DNA of 63,490 nucleotides, filler included, from Hausera hauseri (lineage: Eukaryota): NCBI GenBank assembly GCA_046269625.1. It is 11 parts of 11 records of this genome, joined end to end, with 100 filler letters (N's around TTAATTAATTAA, not from the genome) between each part and the next. Parts side by side here need not be neighbours in the genome. Positions count along the whole stretch, not along the records: positions 53,402 to 63,490 come from JBJURY010241071.1; 10 more parts are not named here. The stretch is one strand, 5' to 3'. Of the stretch, positions 62,906-63,490 are shown in pieces; the stretch's first letter is position 1, and the number at the start of each line of letters is the position of its first letter. Under the pieces are notes generated by a model, which was given only the letters and a program-made list of their open reading frames with translations, searched no databases and had not been told where the DNA came from. A program made the position numbers and the translations under genes.

Positions 62906-63409
62906 GTGCAACAGATGAAACAAAGTTTTGACGAAAATCTGACACCTTATAAATGTGAACCTACATATAAAACGGATGATAAAATCGAACGGCAATCACC
63001 CATAAGACCAGAGATAGAGATAGAGGTGAATGGATATCCATTGATGGTTCCGTTAGATACTGGATCCACGACAACAATAATGGGAAGGAGCCAAATGACA
63101 AAAAATTTAAAAAGGAAGCTAAGAAGACCGACAACTACGTTAATAAATGTAGGAGCATTCGGTACAGAAGAGGAAATTAAAATGGTCATAAATGCCGAGA
63201 TTAAGATTGGTAAACAAATTTTAAAGCACATAATAAGAATAGCAGACAACCTGACTAATGAAATCCTAATTGGGTGCGATATATTAAGTCAATTGGAAAA
63301 CACTTACATAGATGTGAGAACAGGTCAACTTAAGACTTTCATTGAAGATCAAAATGGAGGGATGGTTTCATTAACAAAAGATATCATATCCCACCACGAT
63401 CCAAGATAG
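62906..63409 (+). pseudogene. Retropepsin (aspartic protease), start of pol
   Basis: IEVNGYPLMVPLDTGS...ILIGCDIL. Confidence 0.92.
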
Positions 63410-63490
63410 TGGTGTCTGGAACAGTAAAAAGTAAATCATTACCTGAGGTAATTCACTTTGAACCATTCCCACAAGTTATGGAAAAATACG

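Overview
This window is not one locus. It is 11 unlinked eukaryotic contigs (probably from an invertebrate animal) joined by artificial 100-nt spacers (44 N + TTAATTAATTAA + 44 N), so adjacency across spacers means nothing. Almost all of it is decayed mobile or viral DNA: several Ty3/Gypsy LTR elements, two Polinton/Maverick (adintovirus-like) fragments, a long-TIR Tc1/mariner-superfamily element, a hATm-like transposase, satellites, a tRNA-derived SINE, pseudogene copies of mitochondrial HSP70 and of a SIK/MARK-type kinase, and a pecanex fragment. Two things stand out. (1) Contig 45460-53301 holds a tandem, partly decayed endogenous ssDNA-virus-like unit. One strand carries a CRESS-type HUH+SF3 Rep and small accessory genes with ultra-short introns; the other carries a parvovirus-type capsid gene followed by a stand-alone parvoviral NS1-type SF3 helicase. 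A 22-bp perfect hairpin lies upstream of Rep. (2) A Gypsy lineage (contigs 1, 7 and 11) has a gB/chuvirus-like glycoprotein ORF between gag and the protease, a conserved three-domain FN3-like membrane protein after the integrase, and in one member a RING-finger ORF next to the LTR. All family calls come from motif recognition by eye; no database search was run.
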